Program-made: the position numbers and the translations under genes
In this document: positions 1-12,501 of the stretch, piece after piece
Numbering within the stretch: position 1 is the stretch's first letter
How the letters are laid out: each line of letters starts with the position of its first letter
The notes under the pieces: model-generated
What the model saw: only the letters and a program-made list of their open reading frames with translations
The model's database searches: none
What the model was told of the DNA's origin: nothing
Assembly: GCA_951406725.2 (NCBI GenBank)
Contig: OX597843.1
Span: forward strand, 17,608,001 to 17,672,000
Direction of reading: 5' to 3'
Origin: Octopus vulgaris
Lineage: Eukaryota
Length of the DNA stretch: 64,000 bases

Positions 1-21
1 ATGTATATATATATATATATA

Positions 22-103
<82 letters not shown>

Positions 104-328
104 CGGACTGATAGATAAATATAGATAAATATACATACATATACGTATAAATATAAATATATATATATAGATATATATATATATATATATATATATACAC
201 GCACATTATTTTACACATACATGCATATCGTTTATCTTTTGTCGATCCACACAAATATACAAAACATACGCCGACAGATATGTATCCATATATATGCGTA
301 TACATACATACATACATACATACATACA

Positions 329-362
<34 letters not shown>

Positions 363-391
363 CACACACACCGACGCACATAAACATTCCC

Positions 392-478
<87 letters not shown>

Positions 479-819
479 GCTTGCATACGACACAGAAATA
501 AGAGTGTGTGTGCATATGTGTGTGCGTGTGTGTGTGTATGTGTGTGTGTATGTGTGCGCGCGCGCGTATTTGGGTGTCTGTGCGTCGTGTTTTGTTTGAA
601 AATATTTCTTTGTGTTAGAAACTAAGTAAACAAAACAAACGGAATACATTAGAAATATCTGTAACTGGGTGTATATAGTGTCTGGTGTAGCATGTGGCGC
701 GTGTATATGTGCGTTTGTGCCCATGTGTATATATGTATGTGTGCGTGTGTGTGTGAAAGAGAGACAGCCAGTACATATACTTGTATATATTCATTTATAA
801 AGGAATACATGTATCTCTC

Positions 820-879
<60 letters not shown>

Positions 880-891
880 CGTATATGTATG

Positions 892-929
<38 letters not shown>

Positions 930-1175
930 TTTGTATGTATGTATATATACGTATATGTATATATGTGTATATATATATATATGTATATATATGTATATAT
1001 ATATATATATGTATATATATATGTGTATGTATATGTATATATATATGTATGTATATATATATATGTATATATATATGTATATATATATTTATCTTTATAT
1101 ATATATGTATATATATATTTATCTTTATATATATATATGTATTTATATATATATATATGTATATATATATATGTG
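1..1175. repeat. Compound microsatellite field (TA, GA, TACA, TG)
   Basis: Directly visible tandem di- and tetranucleotide runs; they explain the YI/HT/VC-repeat ORFs. Confidence 0.97.
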
Positions 1176-1224
1176 TGTGTGTTTGTGCATCTGTATCTAT
1201 TTACATCTACACACACACACGCAA

Positions 1225-1499
1225 TAGGAGGCGATATATGAATACATTCGCCACCTCTTCCCGGCCTCTTAGGAGTAACTTTTTATCAGCACATTTCTGG
1301 GCGAGTCTACCCCTGTCACCTCGTTCCAGATCTTCTTCACATGGAGACTCGGACCAAACCAGACTCCGAGCAATTCTGTTGATCCCTTCATCCGACGTCC
1401 CACGACACTGCTGGACTACACGGACGCACCTCTCCAGCTGCCGAACACTTGTCCCACTAACTTTGATTTCTGCTCTGGTCACCGCCTCGTATTCTCTTA
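1225..1499 (-). pseudogene. Tx1/L1-like non-LTR retrotransposon RT remnant, part downstream of YADD
   Basis: [12 protein letters not shown]...[24 protein letters not shown] resembles the (Y/F)E.xSGAKIN ... W..R.LSL.GR...N segment of L1/Tx1 ORF2. Confidence 0.65.
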
Positions 1500-2080
1500 T
1501 CATCATCATCATCATTGTTCGACCGTGGTCGAGACAATGGAATTTACCATGCTACACCAGACTTCACGGTCCATCATGGCATTACGGAGGTCCCGTTGCT
1601 GGATGCCTGTATCCCTGGAGATTACATCAGTGTAGGAGAGTGTGCACCTTCTGGTATTGCGAGTAGATGGCTTCCAGAGGAGAAGAGTAGAAATTGCTTC
1701 GTTTTCAGCTCTACAACAATGTCCAGCAAACTGGACTCTCCTACCTTTCACAAGAGATGACACAGGTGGTAGTTTCCCATATATTTGCATTTTGGTTGGA
1801 TGACGCTTCCACGAGAGATTTTGAGCTCTCATAAGGAGGCGAGTGTAAGTTCCATCCAACCGCCTCTTGAAGAGTGTGCGACCTCTGGTATTGCGAGTAG
1901 ATGGCTTCCAGAGGAGAAGAGTAGAAATTGCCTCATTTTCAGCTCTACAACAATGTCCAGCAAACTGGACTCTCCCACCTTTCACAAGAGATGACACAGG
2001 TGGTAGTTTTCCATATATTTGTACTTTGGTTGGAAGACGCTTCCACGAGAGATTTTGAGCTCTCATAAGGAGGCGAGCAT
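1500..2080 (-). mobile_element. RTE-like LINE 3' end with internal ~230 bp tandem duplication and (TGA)n tail
   Basis: RLDGTYTRLLMRAQNLSWKRHPT...RRVQFAGHCCR...AMMDREVW is a typical RTE-group ORF C-terminus. The block occurs twice (~1637-1848 and ~1871-2078), and the stop runs into a (TGA)n tail at ~1500-1514. Confidence 0.8.
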
Positions 2081-2560
2081 CGATCAGGTCTCGGACAGTG
2101 GCGTCGTCTGCATATGCCGTCCCGATTCTCAACATTAATAGATCGAATGGTTCCGATAAGTGACCATTCTCCCGAACTATAGAGAAGATTCCGTTGTACA
2201 TTGCGGTAGTCCAGCAGCGGAAGACGGAACCGAAACCGGATGGCGTGGGAACACGCAAGAGTAGAGGAGACAACATTGACGAACTGAGTGCACGATACAG
2301 AATGGTTCCAGTAGGTGACCATCCACTCCACCCGAACCAAAATCGGGAAGACGCAGCTGCGCATTGCAGCGATCTAACAACGGAAGACGAGACCGAAACT
2401 GGTTGCTATGGTGACAGCGGTTAAATATTGGCCCTGGATCCTGCCAAAAGTTTTCGGTTGATCTAAGCTGATCAACGCCCCACCCATGGCAGATTTTTTA
2501 CTCGACCGTTCTATTATGTATCGCATGAGATGAAGGTGGTTGACAAATCTGTTCGGGTTG
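2081..2560 (-). pseudogene. Tx1/L1-like RT remnant, core domains, frameshifted and partly duplicated
   Basis: Minus-strand motifs NHLHLMRYIIER, GALISLDQPKTFGRI (cf. LDxxKAFDRV), GHLLEPFCIVHSVRQ / LSPLL (cf. GVRQGCPLSPLL) and TAYADDATV. Confidence 0.75.
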
Positions 2561-2740
2561 GACCCTCAACGAAATGTTTCCTTGGCAGCAATCGGTGTCT
2601 GATTTTTGAACAACACCAAGAATCGCAACGAAATGTTCTGTCAGGATTCTCGCTGCAGATTAATAAACACTTATATAAATTCGAAACTTGATAAAGGCTT
2701 TAGTTAGCATTTTCGCTCATTTCTATTTATTCAATTATAT

Positions 2741-3348
2741 ATTTCTTTACTACCCACAAGGAGCTAAACACAGAGAGGAGAAACAAGGACAGACAAACGT
2801 ATTAAGTCGATTATATCGACCCCAGTGCGTAACTGGTACTTATTTAATCGACCCCGAAAGGATGAAAGGCAAAGTCGACCTCAGCGGAATTTGAACTCAG
2901 AACGTAGCGGCAGACGAAATACCTATTTCTATTTCTTTACTACCCACAAGGGGCTAAACACAGAGAGGACAAACAAGGACAGACAAACGGATTAAGTCGA
3001 TTATATCGCCCCCAGTGCGTAACTGGTACTTAATTTATCAACCCCGAAAAGATGACAGGCAAAGTCGACCTCGGCGGAATTTGAACTCAGAACGTAGCGG
3101 CAGACGAAATACCTATTTCTATTTCTTTACTATCCACAAGGGGCTAAACACAGAGAGGAGAAACAAGGACAGACAAACGGATTAAGTCGATTATATCGAC
3201 CCCAGCGCGTAACTGGTACTTAATTTATCGACCCCGAAAGGATGACAGCAAAGTCGACCTTGGCGGAATTTGAACCAGAACGTAACGGCAGACGACATAC
3301 CACTAAGCATTTCGCCCGGCGTGCTAATGTTTCTGCCAGTTCGCCGCC
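2741..3348 (-). mobile_element. tRNA-derived SINE, family A, head-to-tail trimer
   Basis: Three ~190 bp units. Only the unit nearest 3348 has the GGCGGCGA.CTGGCAGAA head. The array is flanked by an 18 bp direct repeat CTATTTATTCAATTATAT (2723-2740, 3348-3365). Confidence 0.85.
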
Positions 3349-3770
3349 TATTTATTCAATTATATTTAGACTGAAAGTGTGTCTGTAGACCATTTCCAAT
3401 GACTATGCATAGTAATCTATTGAACGATTCCTGGTCGCTTTTAAAGAACGGCTGCAGTTTGTTGTCTGATGATTGTCAGGTGTTGACTGGGACATGAAAC
3501 TTGAAGTTTTGATGTATGACCTCCACAGATGCATGTGCACACGCATAAGCAGAAATACACACCCACAGCCACAATCACACACGCACAAGTAGAGATACAC
3601 ACATACACATAGAAATGACAAATGCACACAAACAAATACACAAACGCACACACACACACACACATCGACATACAGACACGGAAATAAACACATCCACACA
3701 CACACACAAATACAAAGGCATACACACACAGACAGTCACATAAAGAAACACACACAAACGCACACACAGC

Positions 3771-3813
<43 letters not shown>

Positions 3814-4419
3814 ATATATATATATATATACATACTCACACACACACATATATATATACATACACACAAAGAGCAATACACGCACACTGCAATACACACA
3901 TACACACACACATACAGCAATACACACATACACACACACAGAGCAGTACACACACGCACACACAACAATACACACATATATACACACACACAAAAACGCA
4001 TACGCATACACACACAAACACACACACACGTACTCATATACATATGACATACAGATTTGTTAATTTCCGGTTTATCAAATTCCTCTTTCAGTCTTTTTTG
4101 TCGACACAAGACTGAAAAAACAAAATCACTTGCCCAAGGAAGGTACTGCTGCCGAGCTGTGAGTTCGAACCGGAGAAATAATTTGCATGAGAAGCGAATC
4201 GAAGGCGTACATGACAGAGAATATTTCCTGGGTCCCCCACCATGGCCACGTCGCAAGAACTTGCATCCAACATCCGACTCTCTTCCCCTAACACCACACT
4301 TCCACCGGCGCCACCACCGTCACCGTTAGCACCCCAATAACTACGCACCCACCGGTGCCGCCACCGTCGCCACCAAGTGCAACAACGACACCCCACCACA
4401 ACCTACACCACCACCGCCG

Positions 4420-4535
4420 CCGCCGCCATTAACCTGTAAACAAAGACGCCGAATGCCGCCAGACCAGCAGGAAATGTGGCGGGGCTGCGCTTCTCTGGAG
4501 AGTCAAAGACATTGTTATCTATTGTCTAAGAGATC
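4420..4535. promoter_or_regulatory. Candidate cis-regulatory island
   Basis: Unique GC-rich stretch with TGTAAACA (Fox), CAGGAAAT (ETS), TCAAAG (TCF-like), CATTGTT (Sox) and TTATCT (GATA) within ~100 bp. Motif match only. Confidence 0.3.
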
Positions 4536-4558
4536 TCATTTATATATATGTATGTATG

Positions 4559-4589
<31 letters not shown>

Positions 4590-4632
4590 ATATATATAAA
4601 TATATGTATGTGTGTATGTGTGTGTGTGTGTA

Positions 4633-4715
<83 letters not shown>

Positions 4716-4762
4716 ATATATATGTATATATATAAATACACACATATATATATATATGTATA

Positions 4763-4797
<35 letters not shown>

Positions 4798-5109
4798 ATG
4801 TATATATATATATATATGTATATATATATGTATAAATATATATGTATATATGTATATATATATATATATATGTGTATGTATGTATGTACACATACATACA
4901 CACGTATATGTATAAATATATACACATCTATATTTACAAACGTCTCATGTGAGTCTCGAGAGGGAATATGTTTTGCCTATTGCGAATTAAACGATATACA
5001 CTCGCGTATTGGAGCGCACACATATATACACTCACTTTTACACTCACGCACACACACTTATAGATGTGTATGTTTGTGAATATGCAAACATGTGTGCACA
5101 CATATATAC

Positions 5110-5157
<48 letters not shown>

Positions 5158-5659
5158 CACTATATGTCACTACATACATACATACACACACATACATATA
5201 TGCATACGCACACACATATTCTTTCACAGACATTTTCTTTTCGTACAATGGCCATGCTGGAGCAGTTTCCCGTCTGGTGTGCTCTTCTTTTATCGACTAA
5301 CGACAATGGATATGTTTTAAGGCTAAGTAGAGAGGTTTTTGATCTCCGAATATTAAACCAGGATCTTCAGATTTTGCCATAAATGTAACGGGACTTCCGA
5401 ATAAATAAATAAATAAATAAATATGAAAGAAAATAGAAAATAGAAAAAACTAAAATCAGAGAAAGCCTTATGGACAATAACAGCTAATTAACATACAAGA
5501 CAGTGAAACTCTTGGATTTTCAAAATGCGACCGAAAACCTAGATTATGCCATGTTTTTGAGGATGACATTTCTTGTTGTTGACATTTGAAATCGTATTTT
5601 TGAAGCTCGAAAATAGTTTTTTATGAAGATGGTCTATAAAATGATTTTAACATGTGTCA

Positions 5660-6618
5660 AGTGTAAGCAGTAAACCAGTGTCAATGGTGGTTCCAGAAAT
5701 TCTGAGCTGGATGAAGATGAGCCTCGTTTTGGAAGATCTGTAGAGCTCGACAAGGACGTCCTGCAAACCCTGGTGGAACAAAATCCCATCGTAACTGTTG
5801 AGGAACTGGCAGAGAAGCTTGGATTTGGTCATTCAACCAGTCATCGACACCTGTGTACCATCGAAAAAATCAGCAAATTTGGTCAACGGGTTCCTCACAA
5901 ACATTCCGAGTCTAATCGCACGCAGAGAGTGAATATGTGCTCTTCTTTGCTGCCATGACTCACGAATGGACCTTTCTTGGACCGAATAGCACCTGGTGAC
6001 GAGAAATGGGTTCTCTATAAAAATGTCAAGCGCCGAAGACAGTGGGTAGGGAAAGGAGAAAGACCAGCACCCCAGGCTAAAGAAAGTCTTCATCCACGTA
6101 AGGTGTTGTTATCTGTTTGGTGGAATATGAAAGGTTTAGTCCACTTTGAACTTTTAAAACTAAACCAAACGATAACAAAAGAGACTTACTGCGAGCCGCT
6201 AAGATCAGAGGGAAAACGACCATCTTTGGTTTCAAGACGGAAGGTGTTCTTCTCTCAGGATAATACTCGATCACATATAGCGAGGATGATATTCCAAAGG
6301 CTGGAACAGTTTGAATCGGAGAACGATGCCCCACCCATCATATTCGCCGGACATTTCCTTATCTGATTATCATTTATTCCGCAGCCTTCAAAATAATTTG
6401 GACAGAAAAAATATGAATTGTGTAGACGAGGTCAGAACAGTGCTAGAGGAGTATTTTTCGTCACGGACGAGTGAATTTTGGAAAGGGAGCCTTGCAAGTC
6501 TACCAGAGAGATGAAAGAGCAGTGAAGAAAATGAAGGAGAGTATATTTTAGATTAAAAAAGAACTTTATCTTTATTTTGAAAAACAGAAAACCGCATTAT
6601 TTGTGGGATGACTCAACA
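5660..6618 (+). mobile_element. Mariner transposon remnant (transposase pseudogene plus right TIR)
   Basis: EDEPRFGRS, RVPH (cf. WVPH), GDEKW, QDNTRSH, PHPSYSPDISLSDYHLF. Stops and frameshifts. Right end CCGCATTATTTGTGGGATGACTCAACA. Confidence 0.92.
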
Positions 6619-6634
6619 CATACACACACATACA

Positions 6635-6680
<46 letters not shown>

Positions 6681-6685
<5 letters not shown>

Positions 6686-6878
6686 ATCCAAACAAGAAAG
6701 CACAAAAAGACACAACAACGCGAGGACGTGGAACAAATATAGTATTATTGGATGCTCAGGAAAGAAGGGGGGTTTAACGTTTCAAGCGGAGCTCTTCATC
6801 GGAAACATAGGAAAAGGAAAGATCCAGAGAAGGGAAGACAGAGGAACAAAAATCGCCAACGGTACACACGCGGTCACA
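6681..6878 (-). mobile_element. ~200 bp (TA)n-anchored element with minimal hammerhead-like motif (family H1)
   Basis: One of six copies. Minus strand reads GTTT-CCGATGA-A-GAGC-TCC-GCTT-GAAACGTT-AAAC. Confidence 0.7.
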
Positions 6879-7016
6879 GGACGGGTTTCTTTCAGTTTCC
6901 GTCTACCAAATCCACTCACAAGGCTTTGGTCGGCCAAAGCTATAGTAGAAGGTACCACGCAGTGGGTTTGAACCATGTTGGGAAGAAAGCTTCTTACCGC
7001 ATAGCCACGCCTGCAC

Positions 7017-7058
<42 letters not shown>

Positions 7059-7098
7059 AGAGTATTGTAGTTCGCTTGAAGCATTGTGTATTGTTTGT

Positions 7099-7887
7099 AA
7101 AGAATAAAAAGTTTTGAATGGTACAACAATACACAATAATACAGGCAATGGGCTATATACCTGTTGTAATTTAGTCATCCATAGTCTGATATTTTATATT
7201 TCGGTATAATATTCCTTCTTCAGATATTCTTAGATGGAGTCACAGCAATAATCGGTTTTCCAACGGCTTTTTTTCCTTTTTTTAAAAATTTTTTGAAAGT
7301 GTCTCAGCAGTGGTCTCACGATGCTCTTTCCGGAATTCTTCATGAGAAGTGTGTGAGGTCGGTCATGTTTCAATCTCGTGTGTGCTGGTACATCCGTAGC
7401 ACTGCTTATAAGTTACGTATTAAACATGCAGCTTCTTTTTCCCCTCTTATTTTTCTCTTTTTTTCTCTTCTCTTTCTTTGTTAAAAATTACAGGTGAGCA
7501 TATCATCAAAAATGAACCTACACGCATCCAGATGTATCAAAATAATACATTGATTACCAGCCTCCAGCCTGTTGTTAATTTGGGGCCCAAGTCTGTGTAT
7601 GAGTATAGCTTCCTTAATTCTTAAATTACCCACATTCCTTTCATTGGCTTTAATTGTGACTGTTATGTATTTGTCGGTGTTCCGGCATCTGTTTAGATGT
7701 TTTCTGAAGGAGGAAGCTCTCGTGTTTAGATATTCTTTGATGCGGACCTGTAACGGTCTTGTTGTGCTACCCACATAGAACTTGTTGCATTTGTTGCATC
7801 AGACTATGGATGACTAAATTACAACAGGTATACACAGCCCATTGTCTTTATTATAGTGCATTGCTGTACCATTCAAATCCTTTTATT

Positions 7888-7891
<4 letters not shown>
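7099..7891 (-). mobile_element. Penelope-like element fragment (GIY-YIG endonuclease C-half) bracketed by ~92 bp inverted repeats
   Basis: CNKCNKFYVGSTTRPLQVRIKEY...HL...LRIKEAILIHRLGPQINNRLE at 7481-7797. Inverted repeats at 7099-7190 and 7798-7891. Confidence 0.85.
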
Positions 7892-7969
<78 letters not shown>

Positions 7970-7982
7970 ATATAGATATATA

Positions 7983-8139
7983 GTTAATCCAAACATGAAC
8001 AAAGAGAAAACACAACAACGCGAGCACGTGGAACAAGTATAGTGTTATTGGACGCTCAGGAAAGGAAAGAAGGAGGAATTAACGTTTCGAGCGGAGCTCT
8101 TCGTCAGAAACATAGGAAAAGGAAAGATCGAAGGAAGGT

Positions 8140-8140
<1 letters not shown>
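7983..8140 (-). mobile_element. Family H1 element, truncated, with canonical CUGACGA core
   Basis: Minus strand TTT-CTGACGA-A-GAGCTCCGCTC-GAAACGTT-AA at 8079-8110; follows a (TA)n tract. Confidence 0.7.
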
Positions 8141-8206
<66 letters not shown>

Positions 8207-8879
8207 AATTGAGGGAATGGGCTTCCTAGCCATCAGATCGTCTGGTGTAATAATTATTCAATGAGGGGTACTCAGCCAGCTTCTCGCTAGGGCGAAGATA
8301 CCTTAATTATTTGAAGTTTACATTGTCCTAAAGAAATCCCAAGTTTGCTCGACGAAGATGTAATTTGAAGCCAGTTGGCCAGAGAATCGGAACATCTTCA
8401 AGCTGAGAAACGCATGTAGCCTGCATCTTAACTGCTCAACTCCCTCAATGTGGATTTCAAATCGCATTTTTAGCAACTCAAGTTGCTAACCGTCAGCTAT
8501 AAAAACCGTTTGATTCCCAGCTTATCGAACTTCAATTTGACAAAAGCCTGCAAACCGTGAAAACACTGCCTAAATATCAATCTTGAAAAACTAGGCTTCT
8601 GAAAACCAGGAAAGAGAAAGCTGATGGTGAAAATCTGTAAAACTTTCCACGAGTTTATAATTTACATACATATATGTGTAGATATGCGACTATATGCATG
8701 AGAATGCGCACATAAAACAAAACATACAAATCTGCACATGCACCTTGTCTCCAAATACTGCACACGTACACGCCTACACACAAAAATACCCTGATGAAAT
8801 TCCAAAGATGGAATCTTGGATCTAGGTTAGAAACCGTCTCTTCCTCTATCAGAAAGAAATCTTGAAATAAAACAGAATA

Positions 8880-9335
8880 ATGACACACATACATACATAC
8901 ATACATACATACATACATACATACATACATACATACATACATACATACATACATACATACATAATGATACATACATACATATATACATACATACATACAT
9001 ATACATACATACATACATATATACATACATACATATATATGTACATACACACATACATACATACGTACGTACGTACGTACATACATACATACATACATAC
9101 ATACATACATACATACATACATACATGCACACATACACACATACATACATATACATACATACATACATATATACATACATATATATACATACACACATAC
9201 ATACGTACGTACGTACGTACATACATACATACATACATACATACATACATACATACATACATACATACATACATACATACATACATACATACATACATAC
9301 ATACATACATACATACAAACACACATACATACATG
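8880..9335. repeat. (TACA)n microsatellite
   Basis: Direct observation. Confidence 0.97.
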
Positions 9336-9594
9336 GAGAGAGTAGACAGCGAGACTGAAACAAAGATAGATAAATAAATAGCCTGACAGACAGACAGATA
9401 AGAAGATAGATATACATACACGGTGACATGTATGTATACATATACGCATATAGATACGTTATATACGCATATATATTTATACACGTAGACCTCTGCATTT
9501 ATAAACGAACACCTAACATACATGCAAACGTTTATACGCACATCACATAACTACCGACGCATCTAATATTGTGTATATATATATATATATATAC

Positions 9595-9688
<94 letters not shown>

Positions 9689-9692
9689 ACAT

Positions 9693-9729
<37 letters not shown>

Positions 9730-10087
9730 CATATACACACACATATATACATAATATATATATGTATATACTCTTTGAGTGATTCGTGTCACCGGAACCC
9801 CAGCATTCAGTTTTTGTCGCCCTCGGGAATCCCGTCTGCTTATCTAACAAGTCCCCCGCCCCCCACCACCCCGACACCGTCTCGTGCGATGACCTTTGCG
9901 CAGATACAAAAAGAAAAGAAGGAAAAAAACAAGAACAAAACAAAAACGGTAATCCTTCCCCCCACCACCACTCCGCCCTACAAAACAGTCACGTGACCCA
10001 CTGCTAACAGGAAGCGTTGTATATTATGTTTTGCATGTCTTTGTAGTAATCGTCGTCGTTGTCGTAGTGGTGGTGGTAGTGTTGGTT

Positions 10088-10127
<40 letters not shown>

Positions 10128-10687
10128 AAGTAATGGTTGCAACGTTTGGCCCGGTTTATTAACCGCGACGGTTGACAAAAAGATGGAGGACAGCATCGAA
10201 CCGCCGAGCGTGTGAGTTCATACAAAACGTGTGAAAGGAATAACAAAGAACGAAAAACGAAACAAGAGGCTGCTTCTGATTCGAGCTTAATGTCAGCAAT
10301 TTTGAGAGAAGTTAATATTCAGTTGGCCAAAAGGACCTTTCGGCTTTTAAGTGAAAATAACACAAGTTTTAACCACAAAGTGATTTAATTCATAAATGAT
10401 ATAATTGCCGTTTCGTTCCAGTAACTTTTGTCATCTTCATTATTCCTTGCTCGAAGAATTTTTCTGTCTTTACTCTCTTACTGTTTTACTTGTTTCAGCC
10501 ACTTGACTGTGGCCATGCTGGAGCACCGGCTTTGAGTCGAGCAAATCGACCCCAGGACTTATACTTTGTAAGCCTAGTACTTATTCTATCGGTCACTTTT
10601 GCCGAACAGCTAGGTTACGGGGACGTAAACAAACTACCATCGGTTTTCAAGCGATGTTGTGTCCCCCACAACATCGCTTGACAACCG

Positions 10688-10879
10688 ATGACCGCGTGTG
10701 TACCGTTAGCGATTTTTTCCTCCGTCTTCCCTTCTCTGGATCTTTCCTTTTCCTATGTTTCTGACGAAGAGCTCCGCTCGAAACGTTAAATCCTCCTTCT
10801 TTCCTTCTTTCCTGAGCGTCCAATAATACTATACTTGTTCCACGTCCTCGCGTTGTTGTGTTTTCATGTTTGGATTAAT

Positions 10880-10881
<2 letters not shown>
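10688..10881 (+). mobile_element. Family H1 element
   Basis: Same ~200 bp sequence as 6681-6878, opposite strand; ends GTTTGGATTAA then (TA)n. Confidence 0.75.
10758..10790 (+). ncRNA. Minimal type-I hammerhead ribozyme-like motif
   Basis: TTT-CTGACGA-A-GAGC(TCC)GCTC-GAAACGTT-AAA: intact core, 4 bp stem II, palindromic ACGT in place of stem III, 3 bp stem I. Confidence 0.55.
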
Positions 10882-10941
<60 letters not shown>

Positions 10942-11174
10942 GACGGGATTTCTTTCAGTTTCCGCCTTCCAAATCCACTCACAAGGCTTTGGTCGGCTCG
11001 AGGTTATAGTAGAAGATACTTGCCCAAGGTGCCACGCAGAGGGACTGAACCCGGAACCATGTGGTTGGTAAGTAGGCTACTTACCACACAGCTACGCCTG
11101 CGCCTATCGAAAATACTCTTCGAAATGAATGTTTACATCCTCTTCGGGGATTGAAACCATAATTTCTGCTGCAT

Positions 11175-11525
11175 CTGCAAGTGTGCAGACCTGCATTGTC
11201 GTCGATGAAAGACAATGCTCTTTATGGTCAGCAAGTCCTGGACAAGTTCTGGTGGATTGCTGCATTTAATTTGTCCAGCAGATCACACCACAAATCTGAA
11301 CTGATGGTCCTGTCTATGGGAAGATGCTCGTTGCAGACGACACCGTTCCAATCCCATCAAACTGAAAGCATAACCTTTTCCCGATGAATTTCTGCTTTGC
11401 CCGTTGTTTGTGGTGGTTCATCACGCTTCCGCAATGATTGTTTGTGCTTCTCATTGTTATAAGCGATTCATTTTTAGTCCCTTATCATCATTCTGTCTTT
11501 TTAAAAAAGACTGTTTTCTTCACGT
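11175..11525 (-). pseudogene. Mariner transposase fragment (second family)
   Basis: Minus strand RDEPPQTTGKAEIHREKVMLSV*WDWNGVV...TISSDLWCDLLDKLNAAI...DDNAGLHT (cf. HDNARPH). Confidence 0.8.
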
Positions 11526-12322
11526 GTCAACACTGAACCACTGGTATTGGACAAATCAGGGTTGGCTTCATTCAATTCTTTTATTTTTTATTTATTTTAT
11601 TTTATTTTATCTAGTTTCAGCTCACGAGCTGTGGCCATGCTGGGGCACCGCCATTTGGTGTTGCTACATGATTTTACTTCACGAATGCTTTTTAGCAATT
11701 GCCATTTGGTGCATGAGAGAGTTCGATGCAGCTGCCCTCATCTGCACCTCCTGCCGTGAAGTTGGTTCATCTGGGACACCTGATGAGGTAAATATAAATA
11801 TATATATATACATATATCATGCATATATATATATATATATATATCATGCAAATATATATCATATATATATGATGATGTAAAAAACGAAAACCAAAGGAAA
11901 AAATACCCTACACCCACCCCAAAATAATGATTGTTACAGAGAAGGGAGAGGAGGAGAAGGAAGAGTAAATAAAGAAGAAGAAAGTAAGGAAGAAAGAAAC
12001 AAAGGCGGTGACATGTGGAGAGATGAGAGATTTTTACAGGAGATTAAAAATGGCGCTTAACATACGAGAGAATATAAATAAACGGAGCGCTTCCATCTTG
12101 TCTGTTGTGGGGTTGAGTGAAGATGGTGGCGGCGAGGATGGTGAGGGTGGTAGGGACAGTGCGTTGATGTTGAAACTAATAATAATAATAAAGGCTCAGG
12201 CGTGGCTGTGTGGTAACAAGTCTCCCTCCCAATCACATGGTTCTGGGTTCAGACCCACTGCGTGACACTTTTTGCAAGTGTCTCCTACTAAAGTCCAGGG
12301 TATATCAAAGCCATGCGAATGG

Positions 12323-12372
<50 letters not shown>

Positions 12373-12463
12373 ATATATATATATATATATTTGCATGAGA
12401 TATATATACATATATATGCATGATATATATATATATTTATGTTTATATATACAAATATATATA

Positions 12464-12501
<38 letters not shown>

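Larger units (their letters stand above)
10470..11106 (-). mobile_element. tRNA-derived CORE-type SINE, family B, interrupted by an H1 element
   Basis: The 3' part (10470-10660) and the head part (10940-11106, reverse complement of CCTTGGGCAAGT CORE-like motif) match the many other family B copies. Confidence 0.8.

Noticed and set aside
1512-2276. 254 aa ORF as a functional gene
   Set aside because: It is a chimera of two decayed LINE fragments with an internal duplication.
2741-3348. CRISPR-like or satellite array
   Set aside because: The units are ~190 bp SINE bodies without unique spacers, in a eukaryotic context.
5773-6514. SETMAR-like host gene
   Set aside because: No SET domain, several stops and frameshifts, and a TIR is present, so it is an ordinary dead mariner.
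8791-8836. Hammerhead-like CTGATGA...GAAAC
   Set aside because: Fifteen unpaired extra bases lie between the ATTCCA/TGGAAT hairpin and GAAA, and there is no convincing stem I or III.
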